The notes below the pieces were generated by a model. It did not search any database, was not told the DNA's origin, and saw nothing but the letters and a program-made list of their open reading frames with translations. DNA of 60,677 bases, counting the filler, from Squatina squatina (lineage: Eukaryota): the NCBI GenBank assembly GCA_031763465.1. It is 4 parts of 4 records of this genome, joined end to end, with 100 filler letters (N's around TTAATTAATTAA, not from the genome) between each part and the next. Parts side by side here need not be neighbours in the genome. Positions count along the whole stretch, not along the records: positions 34,919 to 47,458 come from JARFOE011039009.1; positions 47,559 to 60,677 come from JARFOE010000189.1; 2 more parts are not named here. One strand, given 5' to 3'. Numbering within the stretch: the first letter of the stretch is position 1; each line of letters opens with the position of its first letter. Position numbers and translations under genes: made by a program. Below, in pieces: positions 39,149 to 51,858 of the stretch.

Positions 39149-39995
39149 TGTAAGGTAGAAACAACTACAAAAGGGTTTAAAAGAAACCTTTACTTGGACA
39201 CAACTTAAAAAGGCAGAGGGAAAATGGCTTACAACCACCGAATCGAAAAATGGTCTCGAGAGCTGACCTCGAGTTTTGCAGCTGTATGGACAGAGAATGG
39301 ACAGTAAATAACCAGAGATAAGGGAACTCAGTCTTGATGACTAACATAAGCATAACGACTTGTTTTGGGGAGCGTTTGGGAGTGTTTGATAGTGTGTTGG
39401 TGTGAGAGAGACCCAGGCTTTTGTTGTGCAGGTCGTGACCTAAAATTCTGGAGCACTGGAACAATTGGGATATCAACAATATTTCAGGATGGGAGGGAGA
39501 GGGAGAGCAAATTTGGACAATAAAGGTAAGGTAATTGCAGACTAGAGAGCGCTCTTGGAGATCCTCTCTTTGAGAGCACTCAAACATGAGCAGGAGAGAG
39601 AAAGAGAGAGATCACATGCTCTAACAACAGGCTGTGGTATTCTGGCAGCAGCCCAGAATTTTAGGAACCCCGAGTTGGTCACCGGGAAGATACTACAAAC
39701 TCTCACCTGACCAGTGGAGTTGTGAGTATTAATAGGGATCTTGTGGTATTTTACTTTTACATAAACACTGTTTTCAATCTGTAAAGCTGTATATTAATTT
39801 AGTAATAATCTGTAACATCTCAACAGTGTGTATAAGTTTGACAATTAGTGTTAGTGTTAGAAATTAGTGTATTAGTGTTAGAAACAATGAAAACCACTTA
39901 AACATAACACTGTGCAGTCAAGTATGCCTACCACATATAAGTCTATAGAAATACCTGCAGACACACCCCCTTGAGCCCCAGAATAAAAGGGGGTA
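39149..39995 (+). mobile_element. Putative 3' LTR; right end uncertain, abutted by a CR1 fragment
   Basis: TG start after the PPT; non-coding; AATAAA at 39982-39987. No 5' LTR in the window to confirm it. Confidence 0.5.
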
Positions 39996-40000
39996 CCTCC

Positions 40001-40690
40001 AGGTCTGTAGTTCCCTGTTTTCTCTCTCCCTCCTTTCTTAAATAGTGGGGTTACATTTGCTACCCTCCAATCTGCAGGAACCGTTCTAGAATCTATTGAA
40101 TTTTGGAAAATGACAACCAATGCATCCACTATCTCTATAGCCACCTCTTTCAAAACCCTGGGATGTAGATCATTGGGTTCTTGGGATTTATTGACTTTCA
40201 GACCCATTAATTTCCCTGGTACTATTTTTTTTACTAACACTGATTTCTTTCAGTTCCTCATTCTTGCCAGACCCTTGGTTCTCTAGTATTTCCGGGAGGT
40301 TTTTTCTGTCTTCTTCCATGAAGACAGACACAAAGTATTTATTTAATTTCTCTGCCATTTCCTTATTCCCCATTTTAAATCTCCTATCTCTGTCTGTAAG
40401 GTACCCACATTTGCCTTCGCTAGTCTTTTCCTTTTTACATACCTATAGAAGCTTTTACAGTCTGTTTTTATGTTTCTTGCCAGTTTACTCTCATATTCTA
40501 TTTTCCCTTTCTTGTTCAATTCCTTGGTTCTCCTTTGCTGAATTTTAAAATGCTCCCAATCCTCAGGCTTACTTCTTTTTCTGGCAACTTTATAAGCCTC
40601 TTCTTTTAACGTAATACTATTTTAAATTTCTTTTGTTAGCCACAATTGGACCACTTTTCTTGTTGGGTTTTTGTGCCTTAATGGAATATC
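40001..40690 (-). mobile_element. CR1 LINE ORF2 fragment
   Basis: GNKEMAEKLNKYFVSVF and LHPRVLKEVA...PADWRVANVTPLFKKGGREKTGNYRP. Confidence 0.9.
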
Positions 40691-41254
40691 TATTGGTTTC
40701 AAGTTATGTAATGTACTGCGGTCAGGATGTTGTTGGAGTTAAGATACGGATCAGTCATGATCTAACTGAATGGCAAAACTGGCCCGACGGGCTGAGTGGC
40801 TCACTCCTGTTCCTATGTTCCTACCTCATTAACTAATGAAGCTTATTTGTTAAATGAAAACATGTAAGAGTAGAGACACAAAGCACAGGACTCCTGTAAA
40901 TAAGCCAGAACCAAGTGATCTTGGAAAAAAAACATCAGTTGAAGCAAAGGGAATTTTAAGTGCAGGTCAGAAAACAGGGCAAACCTGAAACATTAACTCT
41001 GTTTCTCTCTCCACAGATACTTCCTGATCTACTGAGCATTTCCAGCATTTTCTTTTATTTAAGCACAAGACGGAATAGAAGGCGAATGACTAATGTCGAG
41101 AAAAGCCAGTTGTCCTAAGATTAAGGAGCAACGATTGTGAGCAGGGGCTACTTGCTGGTGGTGTTGAGCATACTCCCCTGGCAGTGGAGAGACGATGATC
41201 TAGAAGGTGGCCCTCCCAGGGTGAGGCTCGTCCATTGCACCTCGGGTGTGCTGA

Positions 41255-42615
41255 AACAACAATGAAAACTTGTATTTATACAGTGCCTTTAACATAGTAA
41301 AATGTCCCAAGGTGCTTCACAGGAGGGTTATCAAACAAAATTTGACACTGAGCCACATAAGGAGATATTAGAGCAGATAATTTAAGGCTTGGACAAAGAG
41401 GTAGGTTTTAAGGAGCGTCTTAAAGGAGGAAAGGGATGTAAAGAGGCGGAGAGGTTTAGGGAGGGAATTCCAGAGCTTAGGGCCCAGGTTGCCAATGGCT
41501 GAGCGATTAAAATCAGGGATGCTCAAGAGGGCGGAATTGGAAGAGTGCAGATATCTCGGAGTGTTGTAGGCGCTGGAGAAGGTTACAGAGATAGGGAGGG
41601 GCGAGGCCATGAAGGGATTTGAAAATGAGGATGAGAATTTTAAAATCGAGGTGGTGCTTAACCGGGAGCCAATGTAGGTCAGCGAGTACAGGGGCAATGG
41701 GCGAACTGGACTTGGTGCGAGTTAGGACACGGGCAGCTGAGTTTTAGATGAGCTTAAGTTTATGGAGGGTGGAAGATGGGATGTCAGCTAGGGGAGCATT
41801 GGAATAATCGAGTCTCGAGATAACAAAGGCATGGATGACGGTTTCCGCAGTGGATGAGCTGAGGCAAGGGCGGAGGCGAGCAGTGTTACAGAGATGGAAA
41901 TAGGTGGTCTTAGTTATGGCGCAGATATGTGGTCAGAAGCTCAATTCAGGGTCAGATATGACACCAAGGTTGCGAACAGTCTGGTTCAGCCTCTGACAGA
42001 AGTTGGGGAGAGGGATGGAGTCAGTGGCTCGGGAACGGGGTTTGTGGCGGGGACCAAAAACAATGGCTTCAGTCTTCCCAATATTTAGTTGGAGGAAATT
42101 TGTGCTCATCTAGCACTGGATGTCAGACAAGCAGTCTGACAACTTAGAGCCCATGGAGGGGTCGAGAGAGGTGGTTGTGAGGTAGAGCTGAGTGTCGTCA
42201 GAGTACATGTGGAAACTGAAACTGTGTTTTTCGATGATGTCGCAGCAAGTTAATGAGAAATAGGAGAGGGCCAAGGATAGATCCTTGGGGGACACCAGAG
42301 GTAACGGTGCGGGAGTGGGAAATGAAGCCATTGCAGGTGATTCTCTGGCTACGACTGAATAGATGGTAATGGGACCAGGCACGTGCAGCCCCATCCAGCT
42401 GAACGATGGTGGAGAGGCGTTGGAGAAGAATGGAGTGGTCAACCGTGTCAAAGGCTTCAGACAGGTTGAGAAGGATGAGGAGGGATAGTTTACCACGGCT
42501 GCAGTCATCTGTGACTTTGACAAGAGCTGTTTCAGTATTGTGGCAGGGGCGGAAACATGATTGGAGGGATTCAAACATGGAGTTCCGGGAAAGATGGCCA
42601 TGGATTTGGGAAGTC
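41255..42615 (-). mobile_element. L2 LINE, 5'-truncated, with reverse transcriptase remnant
   Basis: QSCFRPCHNTETALVKV, AFDTVDHSILLQRL, SGVPQGSILGPLLF and HMYSDDTQLY (YADD box); 3' tail near 41260. Confidence 0.9.
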
Positions 42616-43099
42616 CCTGAATGTGGGATACTTGACTGCAAAATGGTACTGGGGGACTGTGTTCGCGCTCTCCCCTGGCTTATTACACAACAATGACAGA
42701 CTGAATAGATTCACTTTTGTCCTTGTTTTTTCCGTACTTTGGTCCTTCTCACGATGATCAACTTTGCTCAAGTGCAGTGTTGAGTACAAGCAGATGGAGA
42801 TGGAGTGTAAATAGCAGTGTCCGGGCGATGGAAGGAGGTGCAGCACAAAATCAAAGCCTATATTATCAACATGATACGTCTGTGTTGTCCTGTAAAGCTT
42901 ACAAATCCCCGAGAGCAGCCATGCAATGTACTGCGAGCAGCACCTGCAGTGGGCGTGCACTTAGCATTCTTCCCCACCTCCCCCTCGCCCCCACTCCTGT
43001 CGTTTGTGGGTGAAGGGAGTTCTCACCCACCCTAAACACAAGCCTGGCAAATAGGCATCTCCTCCGCACAGTGCCCAGGTTTACAGTGTGTTGCCGGAT

Positions 43100-43475
43100 T
43101 CCTGTGGGAAGCTGTGTGGAGAGGGCTGTGTGTGGGATCTGTGGGGGGGGTGGAATGTGGCGGGCGGCTGTGGGAGGGGGGATGTTGAGGGGGGCGAAGG
43201 CTGTGGTGGGTCTGTGGGGCAGCTGTATGTGGGGAGGCTGTGGGGGAGCTGCAGGGGACTGTGGGGGGGGCTGCGGTGGGGGAATGTGGTGGGGGGCTGT
43301 ATTGGGGGGAGCTGTGTGGGGTGCTCTGGTGGGGACTGTGGAGGGGGGCTGTCGGGGGAAGATGTGGTGGGGGGCTGTGTGTGGTGAGAGGCTGTGGGGT
43401 GGGGGGCTGTGGTGGGGGCTGTGTTGTGGCGGCTGTGGTGGGGGGGCTGTAGGGGGCTGTTTGAGGGGCTGTAGT
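43100..43475 (+). repeat. G-rich degenerate minisatellite (GGGGGCTGTG-like units)
   Basis: Many imperfect gggg(g)ctgtg units visible in the sequence. Confidence 0.85.
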
Positions 43476-44401
43476 GACGGCTATCTCTGGGCGAGTAGTA
43501 TTTGTTGGAATGATATTGGTCCAGTGTCATTAATGGGAGAGAGTTGAAATGGGGCCGTAATGTTGGTGGTATTGGGAGAGGGAAGGAAGAAGTGATTGTG
43601 GAAGAGAGCAGCGGAGAGAAAGTGAAGGGGAGGAATGTGGAGAGAAAGAGATGGCGTGAAGCTGGAAAGTAAAAGAGCGGTGCGAGGCTGAGCAGAGGTG
43701 ATTGTGAGGCTGTTGCGAGTGCCTGTGTGTTTGAGAAACTGGATGAAGGGGAGAGTGTCAGCAGGGATTGTAAAGGCTGGCGTGGTGCTTTGTGAGCCTG
43801 GGCACAGTGCAGAGGAGACGGCTAGAGTTTGGAGTGGATGAGTGTGGGCAGATGAAGATGGAAGTGAGGTGGAAGCTTAATGGGAATGGGCGAGGTGAGG
43901 AAGAAGATAATGTTGAAGAAAGAAACAGAGAAGAGTGAACTTGCAGAGTAAAGGAACATCAAAATATATGTTAGAGAAAGGAAAACACAGTGGATGCTGG
44001 AAATCTGAAATATAAACAGAAAATGCTGGAAATATTCAGCAGGTGGAGAAACAGAGATAACGTTTGTCGTCAGATATTTTAGCAATTGGTTTTGCGTGGG
44101 GTTTGGGCAGTGTTGGCTGTTCACTCATTCCGCACTCCTGACATATGTTTTGGATTAATAATTGTTACCTAATTTCTTCAGATTTTATTAAGAAACTCCA
44201 TGCAGTTCATTATTGTGTTACTGTTCATTGTGGCTCTGCACATACCCCAGAGAACACTTCTGTCCCCCCTCTGCTCCGTTTTATTCTCTTTTCATTTTAC
44301 ACATATCAGAAAGTTCAATCCTGCTATCAGCCGAACATTTGATTATTTCCTGTGATATGCTACAACAATCACAGGCAGGACAAGCATTGCTTAAAGATAT
44401 T

Positions 44402-45174
44402 AGGGGCGGACAATTCATGTTTTAGGCATTTCTAGCACTAAGCGCCGAATTTCACACTGGAAATGGGACTCTGAAAATTTGCCTTGAACCCTCCAATTAG
44501 CCACTGTAGATTTGGAACGTTCAAACACGTGCAAACGTTAATGTTAAGGGGCCCATACTGAACTGATCTATTCATGGTGTGCATGCAAATTCCAGTTTGT
44601 TTCCAACCTCACAGCCCACTTAATTCCACAGTTTGCTTCCAACCTCCGTTGACTTAAGTGTTTCCAACTTCCTGATAGCTGACTTAATTGCTTCCAGCTG
44701 CATGTCTCCCACATACAGCCCTGCTCACTGCTCAGATCACACACCCCTGCTCATTGCTCAGTTCACACAGCAGGCAGGGTGGTCCATCCATCCATCCATC
44801 CGTCCATCCCCTCCATCTGTCCATCCGTCCATCCATCCATCCATCGTGAAGTAATACAATGGAGCCTAATCTGACTTGCGCTGGATTCTCTGAGCTGAGG
44901 CCCGTGTCACTGCTGAAAAAAGCAGGTGTTGTCACTGCTGGATTTAGTGCACACTGACACTGCTGAATTTCAGACAGGTGGCTATTTTGGGCGCCGTGTG
45001 CACTTATGACATCATAGCGCCGCGATTAAGTTACAGCTAGCGCTTGGAGCCTCAGGGGCCTTGTGCCCATTTTGCACCATCACGTACGGGACCCGAATTT
45101 TGTGCCTGCGTTTTCATGCCGAAAATGTATGTACGCCCGTTTCGCGCTGATTTTACCCGCAAATTGGGCGCCCT
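44402..45174. mobile_element. MITE-like element with imperfect TIRs and an internal (CCAT)n at 44783-44845
   Basis: AGGGGCGGACAATT at 44402 and AATTGGGCGCCCT at 45162-45174; TA at both ends. Confidence 0.5.
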
Positions 45175-45321
45175 AGGATTTTAGACGACATATGTATACA
45201 GCAGTTTTCTTGGATAAATGGCATAAGTTTATAACATAAGTTTCCACGGTAACAGTCTAGTTAGAGAAAGGCTGTGATAAACCTCTGGTCTGTGAGGTGG
45301 GGCATGAAGGATTAGAGATTT

Positions 45322-46557
45322 AGGGCGCCCAATTCGTGGTTTTGTTTAGCGTTAAAATGGCATTAAATAGGCGCAAAGTGCTTAACGCCGACTTATAGTG
45401 TTAAGCTTTTCAGCGCAAAATTTGTCTCCCGTTAACACCAGCGCTAAACGGGCGCTAACTGCTTTAGGCCACAATCGCAAGTCTTAGCGTTAGAGTGTCC
45501 TGTTGATGTCATCAGTGGGCGCAATGCCCAAAATGGACTAACGCCATAGAATTCAACAAGGCTACTGTGCCTTAACTTTAGTGGTGTCAATGCCCCATTT
45601 TTTGGGCGTTGACACAGCTCAACTCTGAACTTTGAGTGTTATAGAAAGTTCTGGAACTGGGCTTCGTTATAACTTTATCTCCCGGCCCCACCTTGATCAA
45701 ATCATGTGACTTTTGACTTTAAAGCCTCACTCTGACTCAGTGCTGACTTCCTTTTGGTTTCATCTGAGCTTTGACTATCTTGAAGATTTCGGCCCCAGAC
45801 GCCATGGCTGATGCACTCCCGGTCGAATGGATACTCATACAACATCATGTGCAAAATCAGATGAACAGAGGAGAACTTCAAGACAGGCAGCTGGATATGG
45901 GGGCAGAGGTAAATGAGGTCAGGGCTGAGGAAGAAGCAGATGCTCAACCAGACCAACCACAACAACCACCTGACCTCCCAAAGCCAGCTGCACCACTGGT
46001 GGCACAGCCCAGGCCACTGCAGCCTCCTCCTAGTGCCCTCTGCGCCTGCCCACCCCACTGTGTGCCGGGGGGGCACTCCCTCCAGAATTGGAGGCGGCCT
46101 CCCCATCCCAATCAGCGTCAGTGGTGCAGGCTACCACCGGTTTCCCTGTCGTAGCCAAGGGCTCTTAAAGGCGCGTGTCCTGTGTCGGCAGCCACTATCT
46201 TTACGCATTGGCCACGTCAATGTCGGCCAATGTCTGGCGGCCGATCTTCCCCGTGGAATTCCCCCCCCACCACCACGACTTTGCCGGAACCCCTGAAAAA
46301 AATTCTAATTTACCTGATGGCAGAGTGGACCGTCGATCCACCTCTTCGGTGAAAGCCTGCGGCCCTTGCCCTTAAGGGAGGGGGCAGAGCAGCGGTGTAA
46401 CCAGGAAGTGACATGATATTGGCCAAGTCACTGCTGAGTCAATGCTGATTTTGCATTGCCGCGCTACGCTGGCCTGAAACAGCTTCAATGGGGCCAAGGC
46501 CGCGACACAGTGCCTCGTTGTTAGTGGTCCGAATGTTGCAGCCCAATTGGGGCCCCT
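45322..46557. mobile_element. Non-autonomous DNA transposon with TIRs
   Basis: AGGGCGCCCAATT at 45322-45334 and AATTGGGGCCCCT at 46545-46557. Internal 45943-46030 is homologous to 2879-2965. Confidence 0.6.
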
Positions 46558-46569
46558 ATAACCCTATCT

Positions 46570-46985
46570 GTCAGAGCAGCTGAGATTGTTCTCCTTACAG
46601 CAGAGAAGGTTAGGAGGAGAGTTAATAGAGGAGTTCAAAATGATGAAGGGATTTGTTGGGGAGAAATGGAGAAACCGTTTGTAATGAGAGAAGGGCCAGT
46701 GATCAGAGGACACTGATTTAAGGTGATTGGCAAAAGAGCCAGGGGGCAGGGAGAATTTGTTTTTAATGCAGCGATTTATAATGAACTGGAACGCGCTGCC
46801 TGCAAACGGAGTGGAAGCAGATTCAATAGTAACTTTCAAAAGGGAATTGGAGAAATATTTGAATTGGAGAAAACTGCAGGGCTTTGGGGAAAAAGCAGGG
46901 AGAGTGGAACTAATTGGATTGCTCTTCAAATAGCCAGCACTGGCAGGATGGGCTGAATGGCCTCCTATTGTGGTGTAAGAGTCTA
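46570..46985 (+). mobile_element. CR1 LINE 3' fragment
   Basis: FMQRFIMNWNALP..VEADSIVTFKRELEKYL and a gggctgaatggcctcct tail. Confidence 0.8.
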
Positions 46986-47458
46986 TATGGCCAAAATTGA
47001 CCCTTTTTATAGCCTTGTTAGCACCTCCATGGGGCGCTAAAGGGGCGTTAAGTAATTTCACCCAGGGTGGGGTGGGCACTATTGCATCCTGGGAAATTGC
47101 CTGGGTGGTCGCGGAGGAACTGGGTCATTATTGCCCCATCCCGTGATCAGCGCCCCGACCCAGGACCGGCGATGATGTCATCACCATGGGCGCCGACTCA
47201 TCACCCCGCGGCGACCCACTTGCACCCCGCAGCGGAATATGCCCCACGGGGCTTCAAGCTGGCTCTCAGCGGTACCCAGGCAGTCCCTTAAAGGGGAGGC
47301 CTTTAGCACCCCAGGCTGCCAGCTTTTATCTACCAAAACTCGCTTCCAAAGCCACATCTCTTTTCTCAGCAACTGTCTCCGGCTCCGACTTAATCCACGT
47401 GGATTCCAACTGAAATTCCACCCTTCATGTTTTGGATCCACCCAGGATTACAGATATC

Positions 47459-47558
47459 NNNNNNNNNNNNNNNNNNNNNNNNNNNNNNNNNNNNNNNNNN
47501 NNTTAATTAATTAANNNNNNNNNNNNNNNNNNNNNNNNNNNNNNNNNNNNNNNNNNNN
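47459..47558. other. Artificial scaffold spacer
   Basis: TTAATTAATTAA at 47503-47514 within Ns. Confidence 0.95.
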
Positions 47559-48459
47559 AGGGAATTTAGGAGCAACTTCTTTACCCAAAGAGTGGTAAGA
47601 ATGTGGAACCCACTTTCATATAATGAAGGATCAATGTGCGGACACAGCTTTGTGCTGATTAACCAAAGCAGATAACGCTAAGACAAGGCCTTTCATACCA
47701 ATTAAGCTTTACTTGCCCTCCACTTCAGTTTCCCAAACGTCATTCTGGATGATGGTCACCCATATCTCACCCAAGTGATTTGTCCCAGCCGAGAAAGTAT
47801 CAGCAGATTACTTTAATTCAGAGAGCTTTGCAGTTGAGCATGATCCGCTACCACCTAATGTAGAGATGTGCACTTTCCAGCAGCAGTAACTGGACATTAA
47901 TCAGGGACAAAGAAGCTGACTGATTTTGCTCCTTATTAGTCCAGGGATATGGAAGTCAACTGTTACACCTCGTCTGTTGGCCCTGCTGAAGTCAGCTAAT
48001 TCAGCAGGAATTGAAGCTAGGATTTTCTGGTCTGGATGATTAAGTACTGCACAGAGCAAGGCCCTGGATTACGGAGGAAGCCTGAGACAGAAAATCTTCA
48101 ATCTTAACTTCAGATTTATGGGAAGGTGTCTGTGAACAAAAATGTAAATGAGGCAGATATATGGGATTAAGAATGAAGAAGCAAAGCCAGAATATACTGT
48201 CACTGGGCTCCCATAGTGTATTTAATTAAACCAAACCATGATCCAAATATCCCTGATTTGGCACTCCCTGCCATGAGTCTGTGACAGGTTTTAGCTGTTT
48301 AATACCTCTTTCTAAAGGGCATCATTGCTACTTCATGGTCACCTTATATGTTCATACTTAGGACACTTCTGAGCACTAAGTTGTAAGAATTTACATTAGA
48401 GATTTAATTGCAGCTCAGTATTTATTCTCCAGCATCATTGCTAGTTTCATTTGGCATAT

Positions 48460-48900
48460 TGGTTGGGTGGGTCACATTGTCCGCATGCCTGATTCAAGAC
48501 TCCCGAAACAAGCACTATATTCTGAGCTCTGTCACGGCAAGCGACTTCCAGGAGGGCAGAGGATACGCTTCAAGGACGTCCTCCAAGCCTCCTTGAAAAA
48601 ATACAACATCCCCACCAACTCATGGGAATTTCTGGTCCAAGATCACCCGAACTGGAGGAGAAGTATCCGCGAAGGCGCCAGCCACTACGAGCTTCTCCGA
48701 CGGGAGCACGTTGAGGAGGCAGTGGAAGGAGCGCACGGAAACCTGAGCAATCCACCCACCTGCCCCATCAAACAGCACCTGCCCCACCTGTGGTCGGGTT
48801 TGCGGATCCAGCATAGGACGATTTAGTCATCTCAGAACCCACAACTCCGAAGTGGAAGCAAGTCATCCTCAACCCCAAGGGACTGCCTGAGAAGATGATA
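48460..48900 (+). mobile_element. RTE-clade LINE 3' end
   Basis: GHIVRMPDSRLPKQALYSELCHGKR.PGGQR.RFKD.L.ASLKK.NIPT.SWE.L.QD...WRRSI, the C-terminal signature of RTE ORF2. Confidence 0.85.
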
Positions 48901-49767
48901 ATTGCGAGGCAATGATGCATTCAGGCACTTGAGAAAGAAAATAGAGTGTTGGAGATAATATTAATACCAAACGTGTTGGAAATTCCTCTCTGCTAATTTA
49001 GGGAAACTATCATTTCAAACCTCAAGTTTTTAAATTCTGAGTATTTGAAAGAGAAGAAAAAGTGTCTTGCGAGCACACATTACCATCAAAGCCATGATCT
49101 GGAGGTAGCTGGCACACTGGACTGGAGCTGATTGTTTTTATGGGTTGATTCGAAACAGTGAGCGTCAATTTTACAAAACATAATAATACGCATAATTTTG
49201 CTCATGAAGACCGATTGCATCGCAATATAACCGCGGCTATTTAAAGAAAGTCTTCAACCAAGACGTCCAGATTAAATAATTACTCGGTCTGACATATGAA
49301 GATTTAAATACAAGTTTTTTTTTAATCAGGAAAAGGAGATTGAGCCCCCTCGTTCCTTCACTGAGTCAGTCACAGAAGTGATGCCTGTTCCTGCCTGCAA
49401 TTTCCTGTTGGCGTGAATCGGAGTGTGAATAAAAGTTTGAAAAACAAACACAACACAGCAGTTCTTTTGACATTTGTGAAGCCCTCCACAAACCACTGAC
49501 TTTCTGTCCTCTTTACCCCAGCTTGTATGTATTCAGACCTTTCTGCTAACTGATGGCAACTCCCACAAACCGATATTTAGGAGCTTTCTAAGTGCAATCA
49601 AGTGTAGGGCTTGTTACAGAATTTACCCCTAACCCAGGGTAGCTTTCGGTTAAAGCCATGAATCACTNNNNNNNNNNNNNNNNNNNNNNNNNNNNNNNNN
49701 NNNNNNNNNNNNNNNNNNNNNNNNNNNNNNNNNNNNNNNNNNNNNNNNNNNNNNNNNNNNNNNNNNN

Positions 49768-50446
49768 AGACCAGAAGCACACAAACCACTCAGGAACATT
49801 GTCGGACTCAGGCAGAAATTCCATGTCCAGCCTCCCGACTCACAGCACGGGACACAGTTGCGGGACAGACCATGTTGGTGCCCCGACCGGTCTTAACAGA
49901 TTTGGAGGCTCAGTTCAGCACATTGGTCAGGCAGCTGCTTCTCTTGGTGGTATCTTCAGCAATGTCAGCAGCACATCTACCTCAGATCGTGGGCACTGCC
50001 CAACCAGCAAAAGCATGAACTTCAACCAGACCCAAGCTCTGTCGCAATGTGCTTCTTGCATCCGCTCACCCCTTTCCACCGACAAATGTGTTATTCGGGA
50101 TCTTGAGCAGAAACTGGCGGGGAGAGAAGCAGAATTGCAGGGGCTCCAGCAAGCCCTGAACGAGAAGGAAACGGGTGCCCTTCGCACTTGCGAGGAGAAG
50201 CAGAGGCACTGCGAGCAGGGGGCGGATAGCCTTCAGCAGAGGCGCAGCGCTAAAATGAAGTCCGCCCCTCAGAAGGCCCATAGAACCCACCAGCTCCAAG
50301 TCATCCATCTCCAGCAAGAGAAGAAGCAGCTCGAGGATGACTTTGCCCAAATTCTCCAAGAGCGGGACAAACTGAACGCCAGATGCAAATCCTATGAAAG
50401 GGAACAAACTGAAATGGCTCCAAGACTGGAAGAAACTAAATGGGAG
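49768..50446 (+). CDS. LZTS1: LZTS1 large coding exon, 5' end in gap
   Basis: SGTLSDSGRNSMSSLPTHST, RFGGS, SCIRSPLSTD, LQQEKKQL and LEETKWE followed by donor gtaggt at 50447. Closest to LZTS1 among recalled paralogs. Confidence 0.85.
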
Positions 50447-50782
50447 GTAGGTCCACTGGCACTTGTAGGGAGAGAAAGAAAATTAACCTCATCGCAACGG
50501 CAACATTGAATATAGAGTCGTATGCAAACTCCTGCCACAATGGTTGCGAGGTCGAATTATTGTTCTCCACTTCTCTATGAAATTAGTAAAGCTCCATGCA
50601 GTTTGGGACTTTATAAATTAAGTACCTTTAAAACAGAAGAAGTTCATCAAAAAGCTTTAACAGAATCGATGGAAATGTTAGANNNNNNNNNNNNNNNNNN
50701 NNNNNNNNNNNNNNNNNNNNNNNNNNNNNNNNNNNNNNNNNNNNNNNNNNNNNNNNNNNNNNNNNNNNNNNNNNNNNNNNNN

Positions 50783-51858
50783 TAGCCAGGAACCCCAGGC
50801 TGCAGACCCTCACCAATGTCTTCATCACCTCGCTGGCCTGTGCAGACCTCATCATGGGGGTCTTTGTGGTGCCCCTGGGGGCCACCATGGTGGTGACCCA
50901 ACAGTGGCTGCTGGGCTCGCCTTTCTGCGAGTTCTGGACCTCCGTGGATGTCCTGTGCGTGACTGCCAGCATCGAGACCCTGTGTGTCATTGCCATCGAC
51001 AGGTACATCGCCATCACCTCGCCTCTCAGGTACCAGAGCCTGCTCACCAAAGCCAGAGCCAGGGCCATCGTCTGCCTGGTCTGGGCCATCTCAGCCCTCA
51101 TCTCCTTCCTGCCCATCATGAACCACTGGTGGGAGGACTGGGACGCCAGCTCCCGCCGCTGTTACAAGGACCCCACCTGCTGTGACTTCGTGACCAACTG
51201 GCCTTACGCCATCCTGTCCTCCACCATCTCCTTCTACATCCCGCTGGTCATCATGTTCCTCCTCTACTCCAAGGTCTTCAGCGTGGCCAAGAAGCAGGTC
51301 GAGAAGATGGAGAAGAACAAGTCGAGGTTCTGCGAGAGCCACCAGGCAGCCAGCAAGCCCGCCAGGAGGAGACCTTCCAAACTCCTGGCTCTGAAAGACC
51401 ACAAGGCTCTGAAGACACTGGGCATCATCATGGGGACCTTCACCCTGTGCTGGTTGCCCTTCTTCCTGGCCAATATCGTGAACGCCGTGTCCAGGAAGCT
51501 CATCCCCAGGGTGCTGTTCCTCTCCTGCAACTGGCTGGGCTATGTCAACTCTGGCTTCAACCCTTTCATCTACTGCAGGAGCTCCGACTTCAGGAAAGCC
51601 TTCAAGGAGCTGCTCTGCTTCGGTGGCCAAGCCCAGGAGCCCAGGCTGCCAGCAGCAGGAGGAGAAGGGGGAGCCGGTGGCTCTTGCTCGTGTTGTCCAG
51701 GTGGCCTGGGGTCTCCGGACCCCTCCTGGAGGAGCCCAGGGACCCAGGAGCCGGCTGGACAATGTGCCGGCATGCCAGAGAGCATGCCAGCAAAGGAGAT
51801 TAAGGCTCCTGGAGGGGCGATCGGCCGCCAGACATCAGCCGACAATATAGTCACCTGA
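50783..51858 (+). CDS. ADRB3: Beta-adrenergic receptor, most likely beta-3; N-terminus and TM1 in gap
   Basis: [85 protein letters not shown] and linkage to LZTS1/GFRA2 favour ADRB3 over ADRB1 or ADRB2. Confidence 0.8.

Noticed and set aside
43071-43547. Gly/Cys-rich keratin-associated-like and Pro-rich ORFs
   Set aside because: Translations of the G-rich minisatellite.
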